A stretch of 64,000 nucleotides of DNA from Rhizodiscina lignyota (taxonomy: Eukaryota): NCBI GenBank assembly GCA_010015805.1, contig ML978121.1, forward strand, positions 434,001-498,000. Direction: 5' to 3'. The translations under genes and the position numbers were made by a program. A model generated the notes under the pieces. That model was not told the origin of the DNA and searched no databases. It was given only the letters and a program-made list of their open reading frames with translations. Position 1 is the stretch's first letter; every line of letters starts with the position of its first letter. Positions 36,196-51,763 of the stretch are shown here, one piece after another.

Positions 36196-36605
36196 GATGA
36201 AAGTAAAGGTTGTCGATATCTGTATGATTTTCTGTTGTGGATCGATAGAGGAGGAAAGCGAGAACACAGCTAAGATAGAATGAAGCAAGAAAGGGGAGAC
36301 AGAAGGCAGCAATATTATACGCCTATATGTAGCACCAGCACCTCGTCGACATGATACAGAGTCAGGCAGTGAAGTGAACTTTAGCGCCGAGCAAGCGCTG
36401 CTTTACAGTCACAGAATTACTATCGAACATCCAAGGTCTTTGCATCAGTGATGGTTACCGTACATTCTATTTTGGATATGATATCTCAGTTTTCACTGAT
36501 TTGTTTGCTGTTGCTTTCGCAACGCAAGGATATAGTAGGAGAACCAAGGTACTTAGTTACAGCAGATAGTATGCAGTCTCATTTAACCGAGCGAGCATTG
36601 TTCGC

Positions 36606-39095
<2,490 letters not shown>

Positions 39096-39538
39096 TCACC
39101 AGCAGCAAGCATTGCTGGCCCCCATACAGCAATTTGAATCATCGAGAGCGGCTATTGCACCATGCGTTGGAAAGACTACCTTGTTCGAGACGTGTTTTGC
39201 CCACATCCATCCCTGTGGTCAGGCAATCGCATGATCGGGTAACTGCAAGCTTGGTTATTTAGGGTCTTCTGCATCAAGCGAAGGAATTTACATCTTAGTG
39301 TGGCTCGGAACGTGATCCATAGAAAAAATTGGAGATAAAGTCCTTGAGATTGAAAGCTTCACAGCTTAGATAATTCCATGTCTCTCCATTCTTAACTAAG
39401 CCGACTCTAGCCTACCCAAAGGTGCCGCAAATACATAGCTAAAACAAGATCTGAAACGAAGATATCTCGTGAGCTCGTGAAGTCTCATAGTGCTTATTCT
39501 CATCCGTTCTCTTCCAAATCTCAATCCCAATGCCGTAA

Positions 39539-41163
39539 CTACCTCGTTTGCACCATCTTTCTGCGGTCCAAGTGCAAGTCTTCGTGCGCAATCCCATTCG
39601 GTCTAATGTCCGCCTCCACCTTCCCATCCAACTTCGGCGTCGGCGGCGCACTTTTCGACATAGTGCCCATGATTCTACCAGCAGCATACACACAACCACC
39701 AAATGCGTGTCGCACGAGAGAGTCGCCAGTCAAGCTTCCGATGATGAAGACACCGGGCGCGATCTCAAGATCCTCTTCTGCGCGGCTGCGCAGCGTCTTG
39801 CCAGATATGAGACCAGGAGTTGAGGTGCTTCCTGGTGATCCGACAACTTCGGATTGGAGTGAAGGCGAGAGATAATTCATCTCTGCGCGACGACCGACCA
39901 CGTATTCCAGACCACCGACTGTACGAATGATAGTTGCACCATCAAGCTGTCGGATGGTGACTTGCGCAGTGTCGCCGTCTGGATCCACCTTGACATCGAC
40001 GACCTCGGCGTTCGGTAAGCCCTCATACGCGTTCTCCCAATCTCTTCCTGGGAAGTACGAACTCTTCCGCCTCAGCCCTGGCGCTGGAGCGTGTCCATTG
40101 AGATTTCCTTTCGTAGCGGCAATTGCAGATAACTTCATTTGCCGATACACGCCAGCATATTCTGGATAAGCATGCCGATGGCAGCCTTTCAATGGCGATG
40201 GCCGATTCTCCGGGTCCCAGTGAAAGATATGGATGATCCTGCGCCGTGGCGAGGTGGAGATGATCACATCGGCAGCAGAAAACCCTGAACCGATAACTAG
40301 AAGAGGAGCGCGATCATTGTGGAGAGATGCAACAGGTGCGAGGAACCGAGGAGGAGGAATGACCACAGAGAAAATGCCAGTCGCAAGGACCAAATGTTTG
40401 CATCGAAGCGCATGAGAGCCCACATTGACGATGAAGCCTTTCGCGCCGTCGCGAGAGATGGAAGACACATTCGTTGATGTCCATATTGACGATTCAATGC
40501 CGACGGCTTCTGGATACGCAGCGTAGTAATCGGCTACTTCCGTTCGCGACGGTCGCTGGAAGTCTGCCATTTGCTTGCCGTGTCTCCGAGAGTAATGCTC
40601 TGCAAAGGAGTATCCCGGTAGCGACAGCATTTCAGCATAGCTGAGCGTACCAATTTCCCAGCTGGCCGACACAGGATTGTCAACCCATTGCCCTCCTGTA
40701 TGGGGCGCATTGCCCAATGCTACATGGGATACAGCCCGTCGCGGTTCCAATTTCCATTCTACTAAGGAAGTCGAGTTGACCTCCGTGTCTGCATTGGGTC
40801 GGAGCAGTGTATCGAGCAGCGTATTAATCGGCAAGGCTTGCGTCGAGTATCGCAAGGAGGATTGGAAATGCGCATAAAGATCCGGTGAGAGATCAAATAG
40901 ATCACGCCGTCCGATCAACTTGGAATCAAGCAGCTCGTCCTGATGTCCGCCCTTGTAGTAAGGAATGTGGCCGTGAAGGATATAGGACAAAATCAGCGCG
41001 GAAGGTCCATTTCCTGTGTAACAATGGCTCGGGTTAGCATTGGTCGTTTCTCTTCTTCCCTGTCGGATGCTTCCGAGCTCGCGGAAATGTAACGCGTCGA
41101 GGGAGTGCTCTCAAACTCACCAATGATGCAGGTATCAACCTGCTCAGGTAGCGGCCGGACCAT
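39539..41163 (-). CDS. OSGIN1/2-like FAD-dependent oxidoreductase; exons 41163-41121 and 41013-39539
   Basis: Spliced N-terminus MVRPLPEQVDTCIIGNGPSALILSYILHG, DTLLRP, GGQW, VIGSGFSAAD, YPEY and IGSLTGDSLVR. Confidence 0.85.
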
Positions 41164-41239
41164 GGCAGGCTCAGCATTTGGTGTTCAGTTGTGGGAGCCA
41201 TGATAGTATCCTGGAGGCAGGCCGCGGCGGAGGTAGAGA

Positions 41240-41487
41240 TCATGTAGTCATGTCGATTTGTAAACGTAGGCATTGGACGACGTGGTGGGGCTGCCTTGCC
41301 CCGAATGGTGGCCTCCCGCACGTAACTCAGACGTTACACCAGCTCCAGTGAGAATGGCTGCCGACTTTCGTCCGGTCTGCGGGCCGAGACTCCATCGTGA
41401 TTGTGCTTTGGGCGAGTCGTGGATGCGACCGCGTGAGGAATCGTCGACAAGAGCGCCAATAACGGTGTCGACGCCAAGAAAGTCCAT
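41240..41487 (-). promoter_or_regulatory. uORF-rich 5' leader of the OSGIN-like gene
   Basis: 79-aa uORF 41487-41248, 3-aa uORF 41251-41240, and a third uORF from 41243 overlapping the main AUG out of frame. Confidence 0.5.
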
Positions 41488-43006
41488 CGTGAGTTATTGA
41501 GCAATGGGAAGTAGATAGTGCAGGACTGTTGGGGACGAGCAGCGTTCACCTTGGCCGACGCGGTGATGCATTCTTATAGATCAGGGCGATGCTTCTCGGG
41601 CATAACAAAGCATAATAAATAATCGGACTGCTGCCTTCCCGCCCTATTTTCAAAGCATGCTTGGAGATTGCGGAGCACGACATTGTCAGGAATGAAGTCG
41701 CAAGAGTCGGTGCTAACAAATCCATTTGATCACTATCTCCGCGCAGCGACGAATAGCGTGCCTTCGCCATGACCACTGCCCAAGAGGGGGTGATAGTGAT
41801 GATTTCCAATCCTCGGACGCCGGATATCAGGTACGTACTCCAGGGCCTCGTAAATCTAGGCAGGCGTTGGTGATGGAAGAGAAGCATACCTAAAGTCCGA
41901 CGGGACGGTCTCACGTTGCTGTCTCCCGCTCTCATCCGATATTTAAAACCCACGCCTAGATATAATCGCCGACTACTGCACCTATCAACTTCCCACACTT
42001 GAGAACGTAAACTCAGTCGCTGCCTGAAGCTGATAGCACCAATTCGAGAGTGATTGTCCGGTACTGGCAGAGTCACCGTGTACAATCTGCTCATCTATTC
42101 GCTGTGCTTACCCTAAAGAGGGTAATGAATCACGAGCTCCTCCATCATGTCTCCAGTCGGGGGCTTCGCAGTTGTGGAGCTCTCTTGCTCTTCGAAAGTA
42201 ATCTCGTGATACAGGTCTCTGCCTTGTGGTAAATCGACATGAAGCTGTCTTTCAGTTGCGACGCTGTGAACTTCAGCTCAGCGCGAACGGAATGGATGTT
42301 TTCCTGCTCCAGCTCCATGAGCAACCTGCGAGGCATGGCGAAGGCCGGACGGGACAGGATTTATATGCCGATGAATAGAACCACGGAGTCTGGCACTATC
42401 CAAGAATTGGTGAGACGAGCTAGAAGAGCCTCTGACTGATGCTTCCTGCGCATACAGATCCTCGCAAACGCCGATATGTGACTGCCGACCTCGGTTCGAT
42501 ATGACCCACAGTCCGCAGAACTGTATTAATCACCAACCAAGGGAATTCTGGTTCTCGAATGAATGGCGTTACGTCGTAGCAAGGTTGGATTATCTTGTCA
42601 ACTTCTCTTGATTCGATCGACGGGATAGACTGCCCCTCTATCGGAATTGCTCTAAGTAATCGGAAAGATGCCGCTGCGGCATCGGGAAAGGGAACCTGGG
42701 TCTCGACGTCGTTGCTGATATATCGAGTGCCACGGATTCGTTCAAGACATCAGGTGCTTCAAGATGTCGAAATTGGGAGTTGCTGTAGATGATATTTGGG
42801 GTGAATTGAGCAGTAGATAGGTAGTTGAATTAGAATTCAAGAAACTGTTAACATCGCAACGCTCTCCGCAGGGCGGAGGATGTCACCCCGCTAGTGCTCT
42901 GTTCCTATTTGCTCGCTATTCAAGAGTATCGTAGTCACCTATAGCAACGTCGAATTAGGCATAGGCATACATACAGCTGTACTCCGTACAGACTTCTGCA
43001 CCTCCG

Positions 43007-43013
43007 TTACTAA
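43007..43013. promoter_or_regulatory. Yap1/AP-1 response element TTACTAA upstream of catalase
   Basis: Exact match to TTA(C/G)TAA, ~680 bp upstream of the catalase AUG. Confidence 0.5.
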
Positions 43014-43402
43014 GACCCGCAACCTACCAGACTGCAACGAATGATAGCCAGAAGGCCATAGCCTCTACCATTCACGCCATTCGCTAGCCTGGTCTCCAGG
43101 CCGCGAACAACCGTGAATAATGCGTCAGTCGTGCGAGACAAAGCTTAAAGTGATACTTTGGGTAAGGATATTCGGTATCCGATGGGAAATGGGAAGCCTC
43201 TCAGACATCTATTGAACCCCTCCAATGGCCGCCCAGATAGCGGAGGAACGGAAACAGCGATACTAGCCGAAACGACTTCGATTGTTGGCCATGCAGTGGA
43301 GCGAGTGTGGAGTGAGCATGGACGCTTAGACTCTTGACGTTTAGGAAGCTGATGAACATTGCGGGTCGCCTCATTGGTTGAGAGCGTTCTGGACACTGGA
43401 AT

Positions 43403-43409
43403 TTAGTAA
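43403..43409. promoter_or_regulatory. Yap1/AP-1 response element TTAGTAA upstream of catalase
   Basis: Exact match to TTA(C/G)TAA, ~280 bp upstream of the catalase AUG. Confidence 0.55.
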
Positions 43410-43688
43410 GGGAGAGAGAAAAAATTGCGGGGTAACTTTCAGACGCAGCGTCATCGAAATCGATCATTGAGTGGCAAGGCTTTGCATGGGTCAGGTACAT
43501 GCTCAAACAAGCCGCAAATAAAACCTGCAGATCTCCCGTTTGGTATCACGGTAACTCTTCCCATCAATCTCCCACCCAAGACTGTCCTGCTACTGAGATC
43601 GACTTGAACTCTCATAAAATTCTCAATTGAGCTCTGGCAGCTCTCTTCTCTTCTATAGCTTCACTCTCAAGTTCTATCAAAGTTCAAC

Positions 43689-45392
43689 ATGTCCAACTTC
43701 CAGTCTCAAGCGGCTGATGGCCGCCACAACGGCGATGTCTATCGAGACTACACAGCCGATAAGAACGCTCCTTCGCAGGATACCCTCTACACAACCAGCA
43801 ATGGTGCACCGTACGCTCACCCGTACGAAGCGCAGAGAGTGGGAGAGAATGGGCCATTACTGCTGCAAGACTTCCACCTAATCGACCTGCTCTCTCACTT
43901 CGATCGCGAGAGGATTCCTGAGCGTGTTGTCCATGCAAAAGGCAGTGGCGCTCATGGATACTACAAGACGACCAGCTCTTTGGAGGATCTCACCTGTGCC
44001 GACCTCTTCAAGGAAGGCAAGCAGTGCCCGATCTCCATCCGCTTCTCGACTGTCGGTGGGGAGGCTGGATCCCACGACTGCGCGCGTGACCCTCGTGGCT
44101 TCGCCATCAAGTTCAGGACTGAAGAGGGCAACTGGGATCTGGTCTGCAACAATACCCCCGTCTTCTTCCTGAGAGATCCCGCCAAGTTCCCCCACTTCAT
44201 CCATACGCAGAAGCGTGATCCAGCAACTCACCTCAGTGGTGCTGATGACTCCACCATGTTCTGGGACTATCTCTCCCAGAACCCAGAGTCCATTCACCAG
44301 GTCATGGTGCTCATGGGTGACCGCGGCATTCCCGACGGCTTTCGCTTCATGCACGGCTACAGTGGCCACACCCTGAAGCTCATCAACAAGGAGGGCAAGT
44401 GGGTGTACGCTCAGTTCCACATGAAGTCGAAGCAAGGCACCAAGTTCATCACTCAGGATGACTCTGCCACCAAATCTCCAGACCACTCCCAGAAAGATCT
44501 GTACTACGCCATTGAAAACGGCGACTACCCCGGCTGGGATGTGAACGTCCAGACCATGACTGCTCAGGAGGCAGAGGACCTATGGGCGAAGCAGAAGGTC
44601 AACGTATTTGACCTAACGCACGTGTGGCCCCAGGCTCAGTTCCCTCTCCGCAAAGTCGGCGAGTTCTACCTGAACGAGAACGTGAAGAACTACTTTGCGG
44701 AGGTCGAGCAGATTGCCTTCAGCCCATCCCACTTGGTACCCGGCATCGAACCCTCTGCCGATCCTGTCCTCCAGTCCCGTCTCTTCTCCTACCCAGACAC
44801 CCACCGCCACCGCGTCGGTACCAACTATCAGCAGTTACCGGTCAACGCGCCACGCGTTCCGTATCGCATGGCGAACTTCCAGCGTGACGGCAGCATGGCC
44901 TTCTACAACCAGGGTGCGCGCTCCAACTACCTCTCTTCCATCGAGCCAATCAGGTTCCAGAACAGGGCTGTCGACCTTAACAAGACGCACGGCCATTTCA
45001 TTGGCGAGGCCGTGACATTCCTGTCCGAGATCAGAGCCGAGGACTTCAACGGGCCTCGCGCGCTGTGGGAGAAGGTCTTCGACAACGGCGCCAAGGAACG
45101 TTTCGTCAAGAATGTCGCCGGCCACATGAGCCGCTGCAAGAAGGAGGAACCAATCAAGCGCCAAATTGCCATTTTCCGCGAGGTTTCAGAAGACTTGGCC
45201 AGCAGACTGGAGAAGGCCACTGGCGTCAAGGGATACCCGGGCATCTCTGGTCTGCGCTTTAATGGCAGTCACAATGGTCTTTCGAAGGACTCGAGCCTAC
45301 GCGCTGCTAATGGCATGACTGACACGTCGAGCGAGACGGAGAGCAATGGCGCCCCTAGCCGAGGCCTGCATGCTAAGGTCAATGGACAGTAG
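43689..45392 (+). CDS. Small-subunit monofunctional heme catalase, intronless
   Basis: FDRERIPERVVHAKG distal His, RDPRGFA and proximal RLFSYPDTH. Confidence 0.97.
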   Translation: MSNFQSQAADGRHNGDVYRDYTADKNAPSQDTLYTTSNGAPYAHPYEAQRVGENGPLLLQDFHLIDLLSHFDRERIPERVVHAKGSGAHGYYKTTSSLEDLTCADLFKEGKQCPISIRFSTVGGEAGSHDCARDPRGFAIKFRTEEGNWDLVCNNTPVFFLRDPAKFPHFIHTQKRDPATHLSGADDSTMFWDYLSQNPESIHQVMVLMGDRGIPDGFRFMHGYSGHTLKLINKEGKWVYAQFHMKSKQGTKFITQDDSATKSPDHSQKDLYYAIENGDYPGWDVNVQTMTAQEAEDLWAKQKVNVFDLTHVWPQAQFPLRKVGEFYLNENVKNYFAEVEQIAFSPSHLVPGIEPSADPVLQSRLFSYPDTHRHRVGTNYQQLPVNAPRVPYRMANFQRDGSMAFYNQGARSNYLSSIEPIRFQNRAVDLNKTHGHFIGEAVTFLSEIRAEDFNGPRALWEKVFDNGAKERFVKNVAGHMSRCKKEEPIKRQIAIFREVSEDLASRLEKATGVKGYPGISGLRFNGSHNGLSKDSSLRAANGMTDTSSETESNGAPSRGLHAKVNGQ

Positions 45393-46464
45393 ACGATGTG
45401 ATCCTTGATGGCGTTTGACGGAAGAAAATGATAACCCGTGGAGGAAAGAGATATGCTCCGACGGAGGCAATTTTACTGATGCTTCCAAGCTGCAGCGATT
45501 AGTTTCGAATCATGGTGCAATCTAGGTAGTATGAGCAGAAACATCAGAAGTTCAACTCATTTATGCTCCCCTAGCATTGTATGGTGACATTTGTACTCCT
45601 GAATCTGTGTCTAGCGTCAATAGTAAATGGTACCTACAAGCTCCTGGATGGGAACAGTTTCTCATTCCATTCGAGCCGTGGCGTAGCTACAGTATATGCT
45701 CCGTATGTAAGGGAGAGCACTGTCCCACTCCCGCGGAGAAGAATCAAATAATGACGCGCCTGCCGCCGCGGTCGATGACAGCCCGATTAAGCGATAGCGG
45801 CTCGTCACGTGGTGCAATTTGGCTCTAAAATTGTGCTGCAGGGTTCAACGCGTTAAAGCTCGTCCCTGAGCGTCAAGCCTGCTTTCGTTGTGATGCACAC
45901 GCACGCTGCCTGTCTGCCACCATCAAAAATCATCAACGAAATCATTTACCGTTCGACTCTTATCCGATATCTCTCGTCTTCATCACCAATCATCATGTTT
46001 ATTTCTCGCCCTCTCGTTATCGCCAGACGTCCCTTTTCACCATCTCACAATGGCCCGGCAAGTCGGCTGGGAGGTTGTGGCCACAGTCGTGCTGGCGGCC
46101 GCCGTAATTCTCCGAGAACAGCTGCGGCCGGCCCGCACCCAGTCGAGAGAAGAGATCCAACTCGACTGAATTGACCGAGCTACCTGTTTCCTTCAACCAC
46201 CAACGACCTTTTTCCCAGCTCTCAAACTTTGCCAGAACGAAGACCATGCATCAAGCTTATCGATACTTGCACCGATTCACACACAGCAGGTCACCGGTAA
46301 CACTTTGAAGCTGCCCCTCAGCTTCCTGCACGCGCTCTCCGCACTCAGTCAGGTTCGTCACCACGCTTTTCTCCCCCCAGAGCGAGCACGATGTTGCCAC
46401 GGGCTCATTCCTCCCTTCGACGCTCCTTTTTCGTCAACTGATCTTTTCATCCGTAGAGATAGAA

Positions 46465-48659
46465 ATGTCACCGCGTCGCTCCTCGAGAGCTCGCACGACC
46501 CAGCCACCAGCGTCCAACAATTCCACGGCTTCCATTCCATCATCCACCTCCTCCATGCGTGCTGAGCGAAGCACTCGATCTCACAATAAGCAGTCCTCGC
46601 CGCAAAAGTCCGGCACGCCCCAGTCGGCATTGTCGTCAGAAAGTGGCGATGGCGGCGCTGGGCGCGCTAATAACAGCGAGCCTCCGCAATCCAGGCGCAC
46701 GAGGCGTGGACTGGAAAATACCGAAACTGAGGAAGACGACACTGCGAAATTAGAAGATGAGGAGCTCGACGACGAAATTGCCGAGGAGAATGAGGTCACC
46801 CGATGTGTGTGCGGGCAGCAAGAATACCCAGGCCCACCTGAGCAGCGCCATGGCAAAGGTACCCTGACCGCATTGGACTCGCAGAGCGAAGAAGCTGGTG
46901 GCCTTTTCATCCAATGCGACATCTGTAAGGTGTGGCAGCATGGCGGTTGCGTCGGCATCATGGACGAAGCGACTAGCCCAGACGACTACTTCTGCGAGCA
47001 ATGCAAGCCAGAATTCCACGAAATCTCAACGAGCAAGAACGGGTAAGTATATTTCGTCAGTAATACACCCTGCATTTTTGGCTGCCGGTGCGGACCCGCG
47101 AGCGATCGGAAATCGTGGGCCCATCGGCCGGAATTGACGCGCATCATGAGTCAATTGCAAAACTAACGATGGAAACCACAGGCAGAAATACTCCCTCTAT
47201 ATCCCCATCCACGAGAAAGCTACATCGAAACCCCACCGGAAGTCCTCCACCTCCAAAGAAGCCGACTCGCGAGCCCAGAAGGAGAGGGAGAAAGCTGCGC
47301 GAGCAGATGCCCTAGCGAAGAGACGATCTACAATGAACAGCCGGTCAGCCTACGATGAAGACGAGGTATTACGAGCTGTCCTCGAGCAGAGCAGGAAAGA
47401 GGGTGGCACACTAGGATCAGAAAGCAGCACCAGAAAAGGAAAGCGAGGAAGAGACGACAGCGAAGAGTATGTCGTACACATCTCGCGTGCATATGGGAAT
47501 CGATCACTGACGGAGTACTGTGCATTTAGTATGAAGCAAGATTCAAAACGTCAACGGACGGCTTCCGACCTGTCATCCGCATCTAGATCCCACAGTCAGT
47601 CTCCTGCAGGTGAATCCGACCAGGAGGCAAGGTCAGGGAAGCAAAAGCCGCGAGGTGCAGCGGCACGTAGTCAGCGGGAGAAGGAGTTGCGCGAGAAGGA
47701 GCGCGACCGTGCTGAGGCAGCGAACAAGCGCAAGGGTCGAGCGGATCGGAGACGCGCTGAAGGTTGGTCTGACCAAAATACTGGATAAACTATGCTACTC
47801 TTCAGTACTGATGTATTTTGCGCTAGAGTCCGAGCAACCAAACGATACACAGGATGCTGCCAGACCGCCCACTGCTGCTTCCGACGCCGAACCTTCTGCA
47901 TCACAGCCTCCAGATACTCCTCACCTGGCACCATCTAACGCGAAAGGTCACAAGAAGGGGGCCGGGGGGAAAGGCAAGAGAGGAAAGAATCAGTGGACGA
48001 GAGATAGCACACAGACTCCGCTGGATGCAGACACACCGCAGACAAACGGGGATAGGAAGGGCAGAAGAGACAAAGATGACGCCAGTCCAGGCCGCGCCGG
48101 TCGTAGTGGGGAGAATACAGACGGCGGAAGTGGCCGAGAAGCTGCGGAGGGTGAGAGTGCTCGCCCTGCGACTGGCAGTGGTGTGGCTTCTGGCGAGACA
48201 TCGAAAGGTCATGGACGCGGAAAGCCCCGACAGATGAACCCGCATAAGACCAGCATGAACGAGATGAGGCGGAAAGTGCACGGCATGCTGAACTTTGTCA
48301 GTCAAACGCAAATCGACATGGCGAGCAAGAAGAGCTTCCAGGTTGCAGTGGAAGCAGCGCTCGGCAAGTCCAGCGGCACGCCTGCTTCGAGTTCGACAAA
48401 CGCCAAGACCGCCAGCAGTGCGAACGCAGAGGCAGAGAAGGACAAAGAGAAGGAGAGGAGCAGTGATGGGAAAGATGCGAATGAGCCAGAAAATGGAGGG
48501 GCCAGCGCTGGCAGCAGGAGCGCGGGAAGTGAGAGTTTGAAAGACTTGGTAAAGGGCATTGATGAGTTCAAGGAGCTGCCCACTACGGAGATGATGAATC
48601 TCTTGAGTACCAGGCTGGTGCTTTGGCAGCAGGAATATGGCAAGCTGGGTGAGAAGTAA
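46465..48659 (+). CDS. CTI6: PHD-finger protein, Cti6-like (Rpd3L-associated); multi-exon
   Basis: VTRCVCG...FIQCDICKVWQHGGCVGI...YFCEQC PHD finger, RRSTMNSRSAYDE motif and C-terminal MNEMRRKV..ML.FVSQTQ.DM helix. Confidence 0.8.
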
Positions 48660-49630
48660 CGGTAAAGGGCCGTGTCAGGTTTCGGTGCTTGTTTTGCAGG
48701 AGGCTACACATGTGACCACGTCTGGCCGTGATACGATTTTTTTTCTTGGGTATCGGACGAATTTCGCAGAGCTTCTCCAAGCTGCATGTTTCGTAGTAGT
48801 CTCGCTGATTAGATCGGGTGGTTGATAAGATCCTGAGTGGTCGGGAATTGCAACGAAGCACGTGCTTCACGTTTTTCGGCCTGTTCCATACTCAGAAGGA
48901 AGTCCACGTTTCCTCATGCGTCTCGAGATGCCCATGAAATGGTTTGTTGCCGACAAGAAATATCGGCAGGGAGAGTGTAATATTGGATGTTGAATGCAAT
49001 ATTGGACGTTGATATGTGGAAAAGGGCGAGATGAGCTGAAAGTCCGTGCTCCACAGAATAGGAGAAGAAACGTGGACTGAACGTGGAGGCAAAAGCAGTC
49101 CACCACTGGGATTTCTCAGCAGTCTCTTGAAGCGCTGTACATTAATCAGAATCAGAGTGATGATGTTATCGACAAGCTGCCTTGCCCGATACGGTAGACA
49201 CCTGTAGACGGGCGGCCGGTTGGTGTGTGTTCCGCGCTCTCGGCAAAAGAGCCGCTGGCGAGAGGGTTCTTCACCCCATGCTGAGGTGGCACTGGCTCCT
49301 TGAATTACTAACGTCGAACCACAAGCCTCAACACCAAACATCTTCTGCGAGCCATCTAAACACCACCCTTGACAGCAGCTTGGATCTGCATTGCATCCTC
49401 TTTGAACCTCTAGCAGCTACTGAGCTTCATCACCGAGCAGCTTCATCCGCACTGGTAAACATCTCCCACGCGAAGCGCTTCTCTGCCTGCGAAGAGACTG
49501 AATCGCTGACAGCTCTACCTCTCACTAGCTTCCCTAGAACCTGCAATCCTGCGTCCTTTCCAGCGTACACCTTCTCGAATATCGGACAGCAAGCGAAGCC
49601 GCCTCCGTGGAGGCAGGGCCGTGAATCAAA

Positions 49631-51763
49631 ATGGCAGCAACGGGTGCGTCACATCAAGAAATTTCCGTCTCCTATCAACCCAATCTTCTGCACACGACAC
49701 CCAAAAACCACACTCTGCAACTATGCGCTCTCTTGAGTCGATGATCTTGTTTCTAGGCATAGCTCTGTCGCTATTGGGCTTCTTGCTCCTTGCCATCTTT
49801 GCATTCAAAGACGCACTTGCCAGCTTGGGTGTTGTGCTAATCTCAAATAAAACACACACAGACTACGACTGGCCTCGTTCTCCTTCTGCACACCACCACT
49901 CATCCCCCGACACAACCTCTCCAATGTATCCAGACCGGCTTATCCGTCCCCTACCGAAACGTCGACTTCGCTCTCGCCTGAGCGACGAGGAGGCAAAGTC
50001 GATCGAGTTCCCGCCAGCGCCACCGACCGTCGCGCCTCTTTTCAATCTGCCCTACGTTGAGAAGTCGCCAAATTATACAAATAGGGTGCCGAGGGGCGAT
50101 GGCGATGACCACAAGTGTCAGTGTGGAGCAGATCATGGTGTAGGACACGATGCCGCTTATGTTGAGAATGTAGATGGCGCAAATGATCGTGGGCGGCGAG
50201 CCACTTCGGTGGAGGCCGCTGCTGGCGAGGAGTATCTGCCGTGGGAGCAGTCTGGTGGTTCTTTTGCGAAGCCTCCTCCGCCGGGCTCGACAACTTCCTC
50301 TGCCGATGGCTACGAGTCGTTCGAAAACACGAACAACAAGAAAAAGCGCAAGATCCCGCTCTCTGGAGGCTCCAATCACCATCATGCAAGCCTTTCTGCA
50401 GAGATGGTGAATATGAGCATCTCAAATCCGGCCAACGACTCTTCACTCTTGGAAGATTCAGCGAATGGGGCGGGGCAATACTATAGCGCCGCACCATCTG
50501 CACTGCCAAACACGTCGTCCGGCACCGGCATATCTGGTGCTGGACGTGGCAGATTTGGGAGACCGAAACATTCAATGGAGAGGCGTCCGTTAGGTGCTTC
50601 CACGAACGGTCTGAATGCCTTTGCTAGTAATCACTCTGGCAACGGTGCTGTGAAGGGGAAGCGTGACTGGGCTGCTAGTGGTGGCAAAGGTAAACATTAT
50701 CCCAACCACCACAACAAGAACAACATCTTTCCATCGTTTACTCGAAATAATAACCCTCACTCCAAGCAATACCGAGCTACAATTGCTTACAATTCTTTCG
50801 TTAGATCAAGGCATAATATCTGCTGCAATCGCAAATGCCGCTGAACAAGGCCACAAGCTCCCTCCATTAGAGGGTAGTGAAAACGTCAGTCTACTTCAAC
50901 AGCAGGCGGCAAAGAGCGTTCCACCGCAGTCATCGCAATTCACCTTCAGCATGGATTCGGAATCTGGAAAAGCGTTGTACGGAGCAAGCGGCCATACGGC
51001 ATCAAACGTGTTGCCAGGATCTTCACACGTCCCGCCGGCTGGCTACGGTATGAAGGCCTATCCACCTGGACGTGCTCCTAATACTGTGCCACCTCCTCCG
51101 GGTCAACAGCAGCAATATGCACAACAGCCCTCGAAAGGCAACGCGAACAACGGCGGAGCAGGAGCAGAGCAACGTCCCAAAGGCTCTCGCAAATCTCTCA
51201 CCCGCATTCTCCAGCTGGCGGCTAATCAACGCAAGCTTCAACAAGAGTATACGAATTTCCACCATCCGCCGAGGAGGGAAGACATCTGGATCTGTGAGTT
51301 CTGCGAGTACAAGTCAATCTTCGGCGAAGAGCCCGCAGCTCTTGTCCGCCAGTACGAGGAGAAAGACCGCAGAGAGCGCAAGGCTGCTGCTGAGAGGCGA
51401 CGCTTGCTCGAGAAGGCGAAGATGAAGGGTCGCAAGAATCGCAAGGGTAACAAGGGCAAGAATAAGGGTGGTGGAAGTCACGCGAACAATACTTCCACGA
51501 ACAATGCGAACAGCCAGCAGTATGATCAGGGCGCGGACAGCGTGGTGGGTCAGTTGGATCCGCAGGAGGAAGAGTTCTTTGACGATGAGTTTGACGACGA
51601 GCCGATCGCGCAGGGCCCGCCACCGCCTCCTACCCCAACGACGGAGCCGATCGATCATGGAGCGCTTTCTGCGGGAGGAATGACGGCTGGTGCGGGTGGA
51701 GGAGGAGGAACGACTCACGGTCCGCCGAGAGCGACTCCAGCTTCGAGGACTCGAAAGGCGTAG
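49631..51763 (+). CDS. Conserved fungal protein with Ibd2-like C-terminal CEFCEY motif; exons 49631-49643, 49862-50689, 50805-51763
   Basis: CAAAATGG start spliced to DYDWPRS; YPDRLIRPLPKRRLRSRLS, ENTNNKKKRKIP and IWICEFCEYKSIFGEEP. Confidence 0.75.

Noticed and set aside
41451..41487. MDFLGVDTVIG as the true first exon of the OSGIN-like gene
   Set aside because: It would need a poor GCGCTC donor. A canonical GTGAGT donor at 41120 gives a better VDTCIIG-NGP junction.
45390..45401. Cryptic PTS1 on catalase via stop readthrough
   Set aside because: TAG ACG ATG TGA is not a readthrough context and gives no SKL-like end.
49621..49861. Hydrophobic 'TM' N-terminus in the 407-aa ORF
   Set aside because: Falls inside the predicted intron 49644-49861.
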